Of a stretch of DNA of 64,000 nt, positions 1 through 30,054 are shown piece by piece. The translations under genes and the position numbers were made by a program. This DNA is from the human T2T-CHM13v2.0 reference genome, Homo sapiens: NCBI RefSeq assembly GCF_009914755.1, contig NC_060941.1; one strand, given 5' to 3'. Under the pieces are notes generated by a model. That model searched no databases and was not told the DNA's origin. It was given only the letters and a program-made list of their open reading frames with translations. Within the stretch, counting starts at the first letter, position 1. Every line of letters begins with the position of its first letter.

Positions 1-1978
<1,978 letters not shown>

Positions 1979-2085
1979 TAGGATTACAGACGCGTGCCAC
2001 CACGCCCGGCTAATTTTTTGCATTTTCGGTAGAGACGGGGTTTCACCATGTTAGCCAGGATGGCCTCGATCTCCTGACCTTGTGA

Positions 2086-2181
<96 letters not shown>

Positions 2182-2692
2182 TAAAGCTGTCAAAAAAAAG
2201 AAAGAAAGAAAGGTGAGTCTGGGGTTGGGAAGGGTGAGTGTCAGTCAGGACATGGAGAACTCAGAAGCCAGACGGAGGGGTGTAGACGATCCCCCGGTGA
2301 TGGGCCAGCACCCGAGCATTTCAGAAAGGAGTGGGTTGTGGGAAGCCAACACTGTCAGCAGGATCTGGAATGGATTGGATGCCAAAGAAAGGAGTGTGGG
2401 CAGGAGCTCCTTGCAAGGAACCTACTATAGTGGTGGGGGTGGATTCTAGAAATAAAAGGGGGTCATTCGGAAATGAAGGCGAGGTTAGAAAAAGAAAAGG
2501 AGGGAGAAGCAACTGGATCCATGACAATTTAGGGCCTGTCCCCCAGCTCCCAAAGCAGTCATTTGATAAACCAAACCGAGGGCAGAGAAGGCTCTTGGAA
2601 GCTTGAAAAAAAATTCCTGCTATGTCTGCTTCTTTCTGGTTTCTACCCTGTGTACGGGGTCCTGTGACCACAGCTCTTTCTGCTGACCGCAG

Positions 2693-7862
<5,170 letters not shown>

Positions 7863-8036
7863 AGTCCAAGAGGTTTTTTGTTTTTGTTTAATCTCACAGG
7901 AATGCAAGCTTTAACCACGAGTTTGGGAATCATAAAACTTGTGGCCGGGCGCGGTGGCTCACGTCTGTAATCCCAGCACTTTGGGAGGCTGAGGTGGGTG
8001 GATCACAAGGTCAGGAGATCGAGACCATCCTGGCTA

Positions 8037-8373
<337 letters not shown>

Positions 8374-8489
8374 TCATTTTATAAGGAGGTATTCACATTG
8401 CATAGACATTGATGGGCTCAGTGAATGGCTGGGATAGCTGGAGAACCAGGTTTGAGGTTATGTAGTAAAAACCACAACCAAAATTATGA

Positions 8490-8810
8490 TGTAGAACTGG
8501 TCTGGTGAGGATATCTCTGCTGCATTCCAGAGGGGTAGGTGCTGGAATGATGCTGCTGATGGCACTGGGAACTGCAGGCCACCACTGGCACTGTTGCCAC
8601 TACTGCCACCATCTCTACCGCTGCCAGTGGAGGTGTTCCACTGCTCCTGTTTATTCCTGAGCTCCAAATGCAAAATTTAAGATAGTGCATCTGATTACAT
8701 ACACCTAGGTCATGTGCTCAGTCCTAGCTGCAAAGAAGGTTGGGAAAGTAGGTATCTGGCAGTTTCAGCATTGATGTTGGGAGGACAGTTATGCCATTCA
8801 CCAGGCCTGT
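8490..8810. mobile_element. MLT1-type MaLR LTR fragment
   Basis: gcatctgatt...cctaggtcatgtgctcagtcctagctgcaaagaaggttgggaaag. Confidence 0.55.
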
Positions 8811-8812
8811 TA

Positions 8813-10640
<1,828 letters not shown>

Positions 10641-10716
10641 AATTTACTTTTTCCATGAATTTTATCACATTTCACCTTTATCATATTTCTCTTATTTTGA
10701 AAAATCTCAAACTTAA

Positions 10717-11128
<412 letters not shown>

Positions 11129-11296
11129 TGATCTGCCCACCTCGGCCTCCAAAAGTGCTGGGATTACAGGCATGAGCCACCGCCCCCGGCCAGTTTGTTT
11201 GTTTGTTTGTTTTTCTGAGACAGAGTCTCACCCACTTCAGCCTCCCAAAGTGCTGGGATTACAGGTGCGAGCCACCATGTCCGGCCTGAAGATACT

Positions 11297-11442
11297 TAGT
11301 TGTCACAGCTGGAAAGGTGTTACTGGCATCCAGTGGGCAGGAGCCAGGTATACTGCTAAACATCTTACAAAGCACAGGACAGTTCCCAAAACAAAGAATG
11401 ACTCAGCCCAAAATGTCAGTAGTGCTGAGGTTGAGAAAACCT
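11297..11442 (+). mobile_element. MER20 fragment (hAT-Charlie)
   Basis: tactggcatccagtgggcaggagccagg...cccaaaatgtcagtagtgctgaggttgagaaa. Confidence 0.8.
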
Positions 11443-11678
11443 AGTCCAGATTTATTTGATTGTTTGTTCATGATTAGGTTCAGATTCAACGTTTTTGGTT
11501 GAGAAAACTACCCGAATGATATTACGGCCTGTAATCCCAGCACTCTGAAAGGCCCAGGTGGGTGGATCACTTGAGCTCAGGAGTTTGAGACCAGCTTGGC
11601 GAACATGGTGAAACACTGTCTCTACTAAAAATACAAAAATTAGCCGGGCGTGGTGGCACGTGTATGTCATTCCAGTTA

Positions 11679-11783
<105 letters not shown>

Positions 11784-12339
11784 TTAAAAAAAAAAAAAAA
11801 AAAAAAAAAGCAATAGCCGAGGCCAGGCGAGGTGGCTCACACCTGTAATCCCAGCACTTCGGGAGGCCTAGGTGCGTGGATCACCTGAGGTCGGGAGTTC
11901 GAGACCAGCCTGACCAACATGGAGAAACTCCGTCTCTACTAAAAATACACAATTAGCCGGGAGTGGTGGTGGCGCAGGTCTGTAATCCCAGCTACTCGGG
12001 AGGCTGAGGCAGGAGAATCACTTCCAGCTACTCAGAAGCCTGAGGCAGGAGGTTACGGTAAGCTGAGATTGCACCACTGCACTCCAGTCTGGGTGACAGA
12101 ACGAGATTCTATCGCGTTGATAATGGAGTGCCACTGCACTCCAGCCTGGGCAACAAGAGCGAAACTCCGTCTCAAAAAAAAAAAAAAAAAAATCCCAGCT
12201 ACTCGGAAGGCTGAGGCAGGAGAATCACTTGAACCCGGGAGGCGGCTGTGTCAGTAAGCCGAAATCTCACCACTGCATTCCAGCCTGGGTGACAGAGTGA
12301 GACTCCGTCTCAAAAAAAAAAAAAAAAGAAGAAAAAAAA

Positions 12340-13017
12340 AGCAACAGCCTAGCAGCCACTGGAGGGGACAGTGAGAGGTGAGAGATTGGTGCCTTCTCGG
12401 GTCTTTCCTGGGCATGTGCACAGCCCTGCCCACGCATGTATCCTTCCAGTCTCAAGAATAAGTCAGAGATCATCAAACTCCTAATGCAGAGAACTGTCAC
12501 TATTTGATCTATCTGTCAGCTCCCTGAAAATCTCTACTCCTAGGGCTTGTCTTTATTTGAACAGACTCAGAACAGGCTCCATGCAAACGATCCTATCCTA
12601 TGGCATTTGTTGAAAAAAAAAAAAAAAAAAAAAAAAAAAACAGCTGCAATTGCTTAACATTGCAGCTACCCAAGGTGGTAATGCCAGCTGGGGCTAACAA
12701 GAAGATGATCAAAGAGTTTAAAAGGAAAAGCTGGGGAATGAGATGTCCATAGAGGGCTTTGATAATCTCTGACTTATTCTTAGGACTCTAGAAGGACACA
12801 TGTACACACAGGGCTGTGCACATGCCCAAGAAAGCCCTGAGAAGGCCCCAAAATCTCATCTCTGATCGGCCTTGAGGCTATGCACAAACAGGAAGTGAGG
12901 GATAGGAGAGAGTCATAAACTGTCTCCTGGAGCATTGCAGGTGTGATCCAACATACACACTGAGCCCCTTGGCAAAAGCTGTGAAGCTTATTGGTTCAAG
13001 GCAATTAAGAATATCTG
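12340..13017 (+). mobile_element. Old L1M 5'-region fragment with internal inverted repeat
   Basis: Motif gggctgtgcacatgcccaagaaagccctgagaaggcc...ccttgaggctatgcacaaacaggaagtg resembles recalled L1M 5' end consensus; lies just upstream of the L1M 3' part. Confidence 0.55.
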
Positions 13018-13089
13018 GCCGGGCAAAGTAGCTCACGCCAGTAATCCCAGCACTTTGGGAGGCCGAGGAGGGCGGATCGCCTAAGGTCA

Positions 13090-13335
<246 letters not shown>

Positions 13336-13643
13336 CTAGCCTGGGCAGCATGGTGAAACCCCATCTCTACAAAAAATACAAAAAGTAGCCTGATGTGGTG
13401 GCACATGCCTATAGTCCCAGCTACACAGATGGCTGAGATAGGAGGGTTGCTTGAGCCTAAGAGGTCAAGGCTGCAGTAAGCCGAGGTCACACTGCTGCAC
13501 TCCAGCCTGGGCAACAGAGTGAGACTCTGTCTTTAAAGAATTTTGTTTCAGCCGGGCGCAGTGGCTCATGCCTGTAATCCCAGCACTTTGGGAGGCCGAG
13601 GTGGGCAGATCACAAGGTCAGGAGATCGAGCCCATCCTGGCTA

Positions 13644-17725
<4,082 letters not shown>

Positions 17726-17750
17726 AATTTAGGAAATACAGAATATATAG

Positions 17751-17930
<180 letters not shown>

Positions 17931-17967
17931 TGAGCACCACCACGCCTGGCTAATTTTTGTACTTTAA

Positions 17968-18132
<165 letters not shown>

Positions 18133-18206
18133 TGAACTATGATTTTTTTTTTCACTTAAAAATATATCATGATGGCCGGGTGTGCTGGCTCACACCTGTA
18201 ATCTTA

Positions 18207-18473
<267 letters not shown>

Positions 18474-18893
18474 TCAAAAAAAAAAAGTATATAATGACAT
18501 TCACTTCATAATAATACATGGAACTTCTGTTCATTCTCGTTTATGCCACATAGTACTCTACTGTGTAGCTCTACCATGTATAATTCAATGAGTTTCCTGT
18601 GTACGTGGCATATGGGCTGTTCATAACATTTTGCTAAAATGTCACAATTAATAACCTTGTGCACTTGTTCTTTCATTTTTTACAGATGTATCTTCAAGGT
18701 AACTTCCTATAAAAGAGATTATTGTGTCAAAGGATAGATACATGTGAATGTATGATTGTTAAACATTGCCAAATTTTCTCTCTCTAGTATTTGTTCCAGT
18801 TTGTACTTCCAACAGCAATGTAATAAGAGTTATTATTTTCCTTCCAGCTTCATTAATATAGTAGGTTGCCACCTTTTGAATTTTTGTCAGTCA

Positions 18894-19284
<391 letters not shown>

Positions 19285-19288
19285 TTAA

Positions 19289-19588
<300 letters not shown>

Positions 19589-19703
19589 TAGTTTTTAAAA
19601 CAAAGAAGAAATATAAGGGAGGGTAACTTTTAGAGATACCCATGAAAACTACAAAAATCAATTCATTTGATAATATTACAGCATGGAAGTTTGGGGATAT
19701 TCA

Positions 19704-20394
19704 TGAAACTGCCTTTGCAAAATTATGACTGAGACAGTGAAAGAGATCTAACTTAACCGACTCCATCTTGCCTCTAACCTCCAAGCTGTCATTGTTCATT
19801 CCTGGGCGTAGGCTGCACTAACTTTGGGAAAAACTTAGTTTATAGTTTAAAACAAAGACAATAACAGCTCTTTCCCAAAACAAACCTACTTCTTGCCTGG
19901 GGACTAGATTGTCTTTGTAGGACTAACATTAGCCACAAGATTAGAAATTATGGTTTTGGAGTCATGCAGCTGAAGGATACAAGATTCTGACCTTCCCTAA
20001 ACTGCTCCTAAGATCAGTGCTTGAGATACTGTGCAGACCCTGCACTTGATAGATCAGCTGGCATCACCCAGATCAATAAACTGGCTTGTCTCATCTTGTG
20101 GCCCCCACCCAGGAACTGAGTCAGTGCATGAAAACAGCTTCGACCTCCCTGTGATTTCACCCCTGACCAATCAGCAATCCTGACTCACTGGCCTGGCTTC
20201 CCCCCACCCACCAAGTTATCCTTAAAAATACTGCTCCCCAAATGCTCAGGGAGACTTATTTGAGTAATAATAAAACTCCAGTCTCCCACACAGCTGGCTC
20301 TGCATAAATTACTCTTTATTGCAATTTCCCTATCTTAATGAATCGGCTCTGTCTAGGCAGCGGGCAAGGTGAAGGAACCCCTTGGGCGGTTACA
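19704..20394 (+). mobile_element. Full-length solo ERV1 LTR, LTR8-like (691 bp)
   Basis: Starts TGAAACTGCCTTTGCAAAATTATGACTGAGACAG and ends GGGCGGTTACA (TG...CA); 4-bp TSD TTCA/TTCG with one CpG-type change; internal CCAAT box and AATAAA. Confidence 0.85.
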
Positions 20395-20546
20395 TTCGCG
20401 GTATCTGACACATATGGCTAGCCAGCACCAACAGCAAATAAGCATACACTCTGAAGTCAGGCAGAGATGGATTTAAATTCTGGTTCTTCCCGTTGACTGT
20501 GTGAATTGGGCAAGTCATTTAATCTCTCTGAGCTCTGGGATAATAA

Positions 20547-20846
<300 letters not shown>

Positions 20847-20849
20847 TGA

Positions 20850-20960
<111 letters not shown>

Positions 20961-21934
20961 TAACAGTTAATTTTATGGTCTGCAGGCTGGGCATGGTGGC
21001 TCATGCCTGTAATCCTAGCACTTTGGGAGGCCAAGGTAGTGGATCACTCGAGGTCAGGAGTTCAAGACCAGCCTGGCCAACATGGTGAAACCCTGTCTCT
21101 ACTAAAAACACAAAAAATTAGCCAGATGTGGTGGTGAGCTCCTATAGTCCCAGCTACTTGGGAGGCTGAGGCACAAGAATTGCTTGAACCTGGAGGTGGA
21201 GGTTGCAGTGAGCTGAGATCCAGCCACTGCGCTCCAGCCTGGGTGATGGAGCGAGACTCTGTCTCAAAAAAAAAAAAAAAAAAAAAATGCCAGCTTTGGC
21301 TGGGCGTGGTGGCTCACACCTGTAATCCCAGCACTTTGGGAGGCCGAGATGGTTAGGAGTTCAAGACCAGCGTTGGCCAACGTGGCAAAATCCCATCTCT
21401 ACTAAAAATACAAAAATTAGCTGGGTGTGGTGGTGCGCACCTGTAATCTCAGCTACTTGGGAGGCTGAGGCAGGCGAACAGCTTCAGTCTGGGAGGGGGA
21501 GTTTGCAGTGAGCCGAGATCACGCCACTGTACTCCAGCCTGGTCAACAGCACAAGACTCCATCTCAAAAAAAAAAAAAAAAAAAAAGAAAGAAGAAATAA
21601 ACCACTCTGCCTCTATGAATAGACGACAGGTTCCCTCAACCAATATCTCCATCATATTGTTCTTAATGGATTACATGAGTCAACACAAGGGTAAGGCACT
21701 TAGGCCACTGCTTAGCACATGGTCTACACTAGTAAATATGAGCTATTTTTATTTCCAGCCAATTATGCCACGGCGTGGTTGATGTTACAGAAGAGGAATT
21801 CTGTGAGAGTGGTGCATCCACCAGCTCTGAAGAAACTATATCTAGCAAACTACATTTATCAAGTAATACTGGGTCAGGCATGGTGGCTTACACCTGTAAT
21901 CTCAGCACTTTGGGAGGCTAATGTGGGCGAATCA

Positions 21935-22204
<270 letters not shown>

Positions 22205-22214
22205 TTATTAATCA

Positions 22215-22776
<562 letters not shown>

Positions 22777-23275
22777 TCACTTGAACCCAGGAGGCAGAGG
22801 TTGCAGTAAGCTGAGATCGTGCCATTGCACTACAGCCTGGGTGACAGAGACTCTGTCTCAAAAAAAAAAAAAAAAGAACTTTTAATCAGCATGTGATAAG
22901 CAATATGATATAATTTCTGTCCAAAGCAAAGAAACTTGACATTTTAGCCTTGCAACCTTATCTAGAATAAATGTGACGGTTCCGTTAGGCTTTTGCAAAT
23001 ATTGGTGATTTCTGCCCTGGATCCCTAGTGATACCTTCACAGACTGACTTCTATGGTCCAGGACCCTTCTTCCCAGGATGGAAACTACCTATCTAGGAAA
23101 AAAGGACAGAAAGAAAGAAATGAGTAGAGGGGCACGCTGATATTTATAGACCAACTACCATGTGTTAGAGGTTAGGTATTTGATCTCTTTAGCCTCCTGA
23201 TGTACTGAAAGGCTGATTTATTATTCCCATTTTAGAGATAAGGAACTTAGATAAACAAGAACTCAGAGAGGTTAA

Positions 23276-23682
<407 letters not shown>

Positions 23683-23741
23683 TAGTAGAGACAGGGTTTC
23701 ACCATATTAGCCAGGATGGTCTTGATCTCCTGACCTCGTGA

Positions 23742-24382
<641 letters not shown>

Positions 24383-24674
24383 TCAGGCTGGGGAATCACC
24401 CTGGCTAAAGACAACAAGGGTGTCTGTACCTCGTGAGCTCTTCCTGGGAAGCTTTAGTGAGGAAGCTAGTACTCAGTTTGTGACTTTCCAAGGGTTTCCA
24501 CTTGCCTGGAAGGTGACAAGTGTCTGGGAAGCAGAAGTCCTTGCTTCTGGTCCTTCCCCTATAACAGGTACTGAACCTGTCCCTTATTGAAGGCCAGGGA
24601 CGTATGGTGCCCTGGCCCCACTCCCTGGTCCCTTCCTGCTCTTGAGAATCTGGATTCCAGAGGGAGAGGAAAAC

Positions 24675-24736
24675 CAACAGTAGTGAGTACTATCAACAGT
24701 AGTGAGTACTACTATCAACAGTAGTGAGTACTATCA
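24675..24736. repeat. Three-copy tandem repeat of CAACAGTAGTGAGTACTAT (19, 22, 19 bp)
   Basis: Read directly; the middle unit has an extra ACT. Confidence 0.95.
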
Positions 24737-24825
24737 GCTGAACCCTGAATTGATACACCTGGTCTGACAGCCATTTGTATTTATTGGAAACCACAGGACA
24801 GAATCCTTGAAACAGAATTCATTGA

Positions 24826-25258
<433 letters not shown>

Positions 25259-25636
25259 TAGCATGTCTGACCACTTGCTAGCCAGATCTGCTTGTACACT
25301 TGCAGTGACAAGCTCACTGCCCGAAGGGCAGTTCCTTCTTGCTCTGGTCAGCTCTGAGGGAGAGCAAGTTCTTCTTTAGTTGAAGAAATCTAGTTGAAGA
25401 GCTGAAGACTCTCTTGCTGCAATCCCTGCCCATCTGTATGCACTGTATTCCAGGGATTTGAGGACAATCTTCATGGCCCAAGTCATCTACCCTCCTACCC
25501 CTAGTGTAACTTTCTTTGATATTTCCATGTATTTTGCACAGAAACTTTTGGATAGATACTTCATTCCTTGGGTCTCCATCCACTGCAGCTGGTCAGTGTC
25601 CCTGCAAAAAATGGTGCACAGAACCAACATTGCTGA

Positions 25637-25954
<318 letters not shown>

Positions 25955-26073
25955 TAGCCAGGATGGTCTCCATCTCCTGACCTCGTGATCCGCCCGCCTC
26001 GGTCTCCCAAAGTGCTGGGATTACAGGCGTGAGCCACCGCACCTGGCCAGTTTGTTCATTTTCATTGCTGTAG

Positions 26074-26268
<195 letters not shown>

Positions 26269-28357
26269 TAAAAATCTAGTCCACTGTTGATGAACATATG
26301 AGTCCTTTATTTATCGTATTATGAACTATGCCACTGTGAATATTCGTGTGTCTCCTGGGGCACATGGGCAATGTCATTGGTAACTAATTATTTCATGTGT
26401 TTATGTCTTATTCCCAATTTCCTTCAGAACATAAGAATCACATCTTTTATACTTAGTAAAGACTTTGAGCATACATTTGTTTTCCTAAAATATATTCCTA
26501 GGGGTGGAATTGCTGGGTCTTAAGGTTTACCTAAAAATACGAAAATGTTCAATATTCTTGATGCTCCTATCTGATTTCAAAATGGCTTTTTAACTACTTC
26601 CCTCACATGGAGAGCCCTAGGTGTCCAAATCATATGCCTGACCATTTCTGAGGGACCTTGACTTGAGGGCCTGGCTTCAAGCCTCATTATCAATGGCAAC
26701 AAATTTGCCACTCTCTCACTGGAAGGAGCCCCTTCTATTTTATTTTTATTTATTTCTTTTTTTTGAGAGGGAGTCTTGCTCTGTCGCCCAGGCTGGAGTG
26801 CAGTGGTGCAATTTTGGCTCACTGCAACCTCTGGACCTCCTGGGTTCAAGCAATTCTCCTGCCTCAGCCTCCCGATTGTAAGTGCCCAACACCACGCCTG
26901 GCTAATTTTTGTATTTTAGTAGAGACAGGGTTTCACCATGTTGGTCAGGCTGGTCTTGAACTTCTGACCTCAAATGATCTGCCCGCCTCGGCCTCCCAAA
27001 GTGCTGGGATTACAGGCGTGAGCCACCACACCTGGCCGCATCTGCTATCTTTATGGCTTATGCCTCGTGTTAGTCATCACAACAATACAGAGGATGCACT
27101 GGGCTGCCCTATCCTGGCCAAAGGTCTTCCTGGTAAGCATGGATTTGCTCATCCAGGAAAATCATTTATGGGGGGTTGGGCAGGGTGTTGGGGAGACCCT
27201 GCTTGCTCTCTCAAATGCACACCAGCCATTTGGGAGACATTAACTGCTCAAAAAACTCGAGTCTGTATTTTGGCTCTCCTCTAACGATGGCAGGACCTGG
27301 GGCAAAAGTACAAATAGATACCTAAATTATTTAAAATTACAAACCAGTTTGGACGTGGTGGCTCACACCTGTAATCCCAGCACTTTGGGAGGCCGAGGTG
27401 GGTAGATCACTTGAGGTCAGGAGTTCAAGACCAGCCGGGCTAACATGGTGAAACCCTGTCTCTACTAAAATTACAAGAGTTAACTGGGCGTGGTGACACA
27501 CGCCTATAATCCTAGCTACTCAGGAGGCTGAGGCAGGAGAATCACTGGAATCCAGGAGGTGGAGGTTGCAGTGAGCTGAGATGGTGCCACTGCCCTCCAG
27601 CCTGGGCAATAGAGTGAGAGACTCCGTCTCCAAAAATTAAATAAATAATAAAATAAAAATTACAAACTACTCCAATTAACCGCTAACCTTAATACAGTCT
27701 ATCCTTCTACTTGGACAAATCTACCTGTTTAAGACCTGGAAGACCAGGTTTAAATTTAGAATTCCTGGGCTCCTGGGAGTTATGCCCATGAATGAGGTGG
27801 CGAAAGCAGCACAGGCCCTGGCCCAACTATTGTCTCTTGGCTCACTTGCCTTCTTTTCTCACCTCTGTCCTGCACCATGAGGGATCTGTGGACATAGGAG
27901 CTCAAACACCCAAGTGTCGTGTCACCCCCTTAAAATAAAACAAAGCTGCCCTTTAGCCTCCCTTTTTTTCAATGAGAAATAATCATTTTAATAAAAGTAT
28001 ACCTTATTTAAAACAAATGATTTAAAGAAAGTAGAAACTGATTCTAATTAGTGGATTTTCTGATTATTATTATTATTATTTGAGATGGAGTCTCGATCTG
28101 TCGCCCAGGCTGGCAGTGGTGCGATCTTGGCTCACTGCAACCTCCGCCTTCTGGGTTCAAGCAATTCTCTGCCTCAGCCTCCCGAGTAGCTGGGAGTACA
28201 GGCGCCTGCCACCACACCCGACTAATTTTTTGTATTTTTAGTAGAGATGGGGTTTCACCATCTTGGAGAGGCTGATCTTGAACTCCTGACCTCGTGATCC
28301 ACCTGCCTCAGTCTCCCAAAGTGCTGGGATTACAGGCGTGAGCCACTGTGCCCGGCC

Positions 28358-28716
28358 TATTATTATTTTTTTATTATACTTTAAATTCTTGGATACATGT
28401 GCTAAACGTGCAGGTTTGTTACATAGGTATACATGTGCCATGGTGGTTTGCTGCATCTATCAACCCGTCATCTAGGTTTTAAGCCCCGCATGCATTAGGT
28501 ATTTGTCCTAATGCTCTCCCTCCCCTTCCCCCCACCCCCCACAGGCCCCGGTGTGTGATGTTCCCCTCCCTGTGTCCATGTGTTCTCATTATTCAATTCC
28601 CACTTATGAGTGAGAACATGAGGTGTTTGGTTTTCTTTTCCTGTGTTAGTTTGCTGAGAATGATGGTTTCCAGCTTCATGCATGTCCCTGCAAAGGACAT
28701 GAACTCATTCTTTATG
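28358..28716 (-). mobile_element. 5'-truncated L1PA 3' end (~350 bp)
   Basis: tttattatactttaa...gtgcaggtttgttacataggtatacatgtgccatggtggtttgctgc...cccacttatgagtgagaacatg is the antisense L1PA 3'UTR. Confidence 0.9.
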
Positions 28717-28948
28717 CTTTCACTTTAGCTTCTTTTAGGGATGTCTAGACTCTGCCATAGAGAGAATGGATCTGGGAAAGAGACCACAGCTTCAGCCATC
28801 TGGAAAGGGAATTCTGGGGCCACAAGTATTCAGAACTTGGTCCTGAAGTGCCAAACCCTGTGGACTCCCTCATCCTGGGGTGGGATTGCTGGGTCTTAAA
28901 ATGTACATAATTCCTGATGCTCCTCTCTGATTTCAAAATAGCTTTTTA

Positions 28949-29249
<301 letters not shown>

Positions 29250-29839
29250 TTAAACTACCTCCTTGGCATGGGGCACTCCAGGTGTCGAAATCAGACGGGG
29301 AGTGGTGATTAGAGGGGAGTTCCTAAAGTATAGGGCCCAGGGGCCCAAGTATAAGGGCCACACTTTGTGTATATGATTTCTCCTTTCCTGCCATGAGTGC
29401 AGGGTCTGTACCTGGCTGTATCTCCAGCATCTATCACGACTGAAAACCCAAACGTATTTGCTGAATGGATAGTATACTGGCCTCTGCATCAGAAGACCTG
29501 GGGTCCAGGCCCAGTACTGTCGGAAACAGTTCTTCATACTTTATTACCTCGTTTAAACTTTTCTTAGCCATTATATTGATAAAAATTCCAAGAGGTGAAG
29601 TGACTCTCCCAAGGTCGCAAAGCTAGAAGAGGTAGAGGCTGGAACTGCACCCCGCCATCGGTCCTCCTCTCTTACTCATTTTTTTTTTTCCCCTCACTGT
29701 GCTGGGGTGGAGAACCGGGACCGGCACCTTCGAGAGGCCAGGCCTCTGCTGCAGCCCCTCTTCTCCAGCTCCGCTCGGCACTCAGCCTCCCCGCGCCGCT
29801 GGGTCAGGCGCCCAGCTCCGCCGAAACCCTCCCCTCCCG

Positions 29840-29970
29840 CCGCGCTCCCTCCGCGCTCCCTCCGCGCTCCCTCCGCGCTCCCTCCGCGCTCCCTCCGCGC
29901 TCCCTCCGCGCTCCCTCCGCGCTCCCTCCGCGCTCCCTCCGCGCTCCCTCCGCGCTCCCTCCGCGCTCCC
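29840..29970. repeat. Minisatellite (CCGCGCTCCCT)n, 11 perfect units plus 10/11 of a twelfth
   Basis: Counted directly; uninterrupted 11-bp period. Confidence 0.98.
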
Positions 29971-29974
29971 GAGG

Positions 29975-30047
29975 CCCCGCCCCTCCCCTCGGGCCAACGT
30001 CACGTGCCGCCCCATCCCCCTGCGCCTGCGCACTGCTTATTTCCCGC
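29975..30047 (+). promoter_or_regulatory. Core-promoter motif cluster: GC box CCCCGCCCC (29975-29983), GTCACGTG E-box overlapping a CRE half-site (29997-30006), NRF1-type TGCGCCTGCGCA (30021-30032), E2F-type TTTCCCGC (30040-30047)
   Basis: Direct matches to Sp/KLF, USF/TFE, NRF1 and E2F consensus motifs; binding not shown. Confidence 0.65.
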
Positions 30048-30054
30048 TGTCAGG

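Noticed and set aside
24675-24736. Short direct repeats as a possible CRISPR-like array
   Set aside because: No spacers, only three tandem units, eukaryotic context
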